A stretch of 64,000 nucleotides of DNA from Minisyncoccota bacterium (GTDB lineage Bacteria; Patescibacteriota; Minisyncoccia; Phycocordibacterales; UBA5272): contig JAXLZS010000001.1 of the NCBI GenBank assembly GCA_046350775.1, positions 545,838 to 609,837 on the forward strand, written 5' to 3'. Made by a program: the position numbers and the translations under genes. Below the pieces are notes generated by a model. The model was given only the letters and a program-made list of their open reading frames with translations, was not told where the DNA came from and made no database searches. This document shows, one piece after another, positions 63,632-64,000 of this stretch (position 1 is its first letter; every line of letters begins with the position of its first letter).

Positions 63632-64000
63632 ATGGATTCAAAAATATTCAAAATTAAAGGTATGCATTGTGCTTCTTGCGCAAGCATTATCGAAAAGACT
63701 CTTAAGAAAGTCGAAGGTGTGAACTCTATTGAAGTAAATCCTGGTACAGAAAAAGCTAAGATTAATTTTGATTCAAATCTCACAAGTGTAGATTCGTTGT
63801 CTAAACATATTGAACCACTTGGCTACTCAATCATTAATAGTGATAAAGAAGCAGAAGCGATGGGTATGACTCCTGAAGAACATGCTGCTCACACTGGTAT
63901 TGGTCAATCAAAAAAGGAAAAGCTAGATGAGATTAAAGAACAAAAAACAAAAGTTCTTTCTTCTATTCCTCTTGCTATTATAAGTCTCTTTATTATGACT
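63632..64000 (+). CDS. copA: Heavy-metal (copper) translocating P-type ATPase, N-terminal part (3' truncated by the window edge).
   Basis: HMA domain IKGMHCASCASIIEKTL, followed by the first TM helix. The frame is open to the window edge. Confidence 0.75.
   Translation, partial: MDSKIFKIKGMHCASCASIIEKTLKKVEGVNSIEVNPGTEKAKINFDSNLTSVDSLSKHIEPLGYSIINSDKEAEAMGMTPEEHAAHTGIGQSKKEKLDEIKEQKTKVLSSIPLAIISLFIMT

Overview
This 64-kb window is AT-rich (about 32% GC) bacterial DNA dominated by translation-apparatus genes. It most likely comes from a Candidate Phyla Radiation (Patescibacteria-like) organism: L30 is missing between S5 and L15, genes lack Shine-Dalgarno sequences, the 16S rRNA lacks the anti-SD CCUCC and has mismatches at universal primer sites, the genome is small-genome style, and surface proteins are abundant. 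The window holds a fragmented and rearranged ribosomal-protein superoperon in three blocks: tuf-rpsJ-rplCDWB-rpsL, then rpsN-rpsH-rplF-rplR-rpsE-rplO-secY-map-hyp-rpsG-fusA, then rpsS-rplV-rpsC-rplP-rpsQ-rplN-rplX-rplE. It also holds recG, phosphoketolase plus acetate kinase, secDF, a MacAB-like efflux module, dsbB, a solitary 16S rRNA gene with no 23S in the window, tRNA-Ile(GAU), alr, rsmI, murA, tRNA-Asn and the start of a copA-like P-type ATPase. The most unusual content is a paralogous family of three giant Sec-signal-bearing, phage-tail-fibre-like proteins: one partial at the 5' edge, one at 1077..4574 and one at 11525..16015. Each combines short collagen-like GXY tracts, 20 to 25 tandem 17-residue beta-repeats and a C-terminal peptidase-S74-type intramolecular-chaperone domain (SDxxLKKNI ... 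GFIAQQVEQxFPDLV). The 1496-aa member also carries a ConA-like lectin domain and an SGNH (GDSL) esterase domain, so it looks like a phage tailspike depolymerase. These genes sit inside the ribosomal operon, and pairs of them share two near-identical DNA tracts of about 310-330 bp, which implies recent gene conversion or cassette shuffling. A second cargo block (24.4..33.7 kb) splits fusA from rpsS and carries a soluble TraG/VirD4-like P-loop ATPase, a DUF559 (Vsr-like) nuclease, efp and several secreted or lipoprotein genes with Listeria-Bacteroides (Flg_new) repeats. No integrase, transposase, CRISPR array or prophage structural module is visible.
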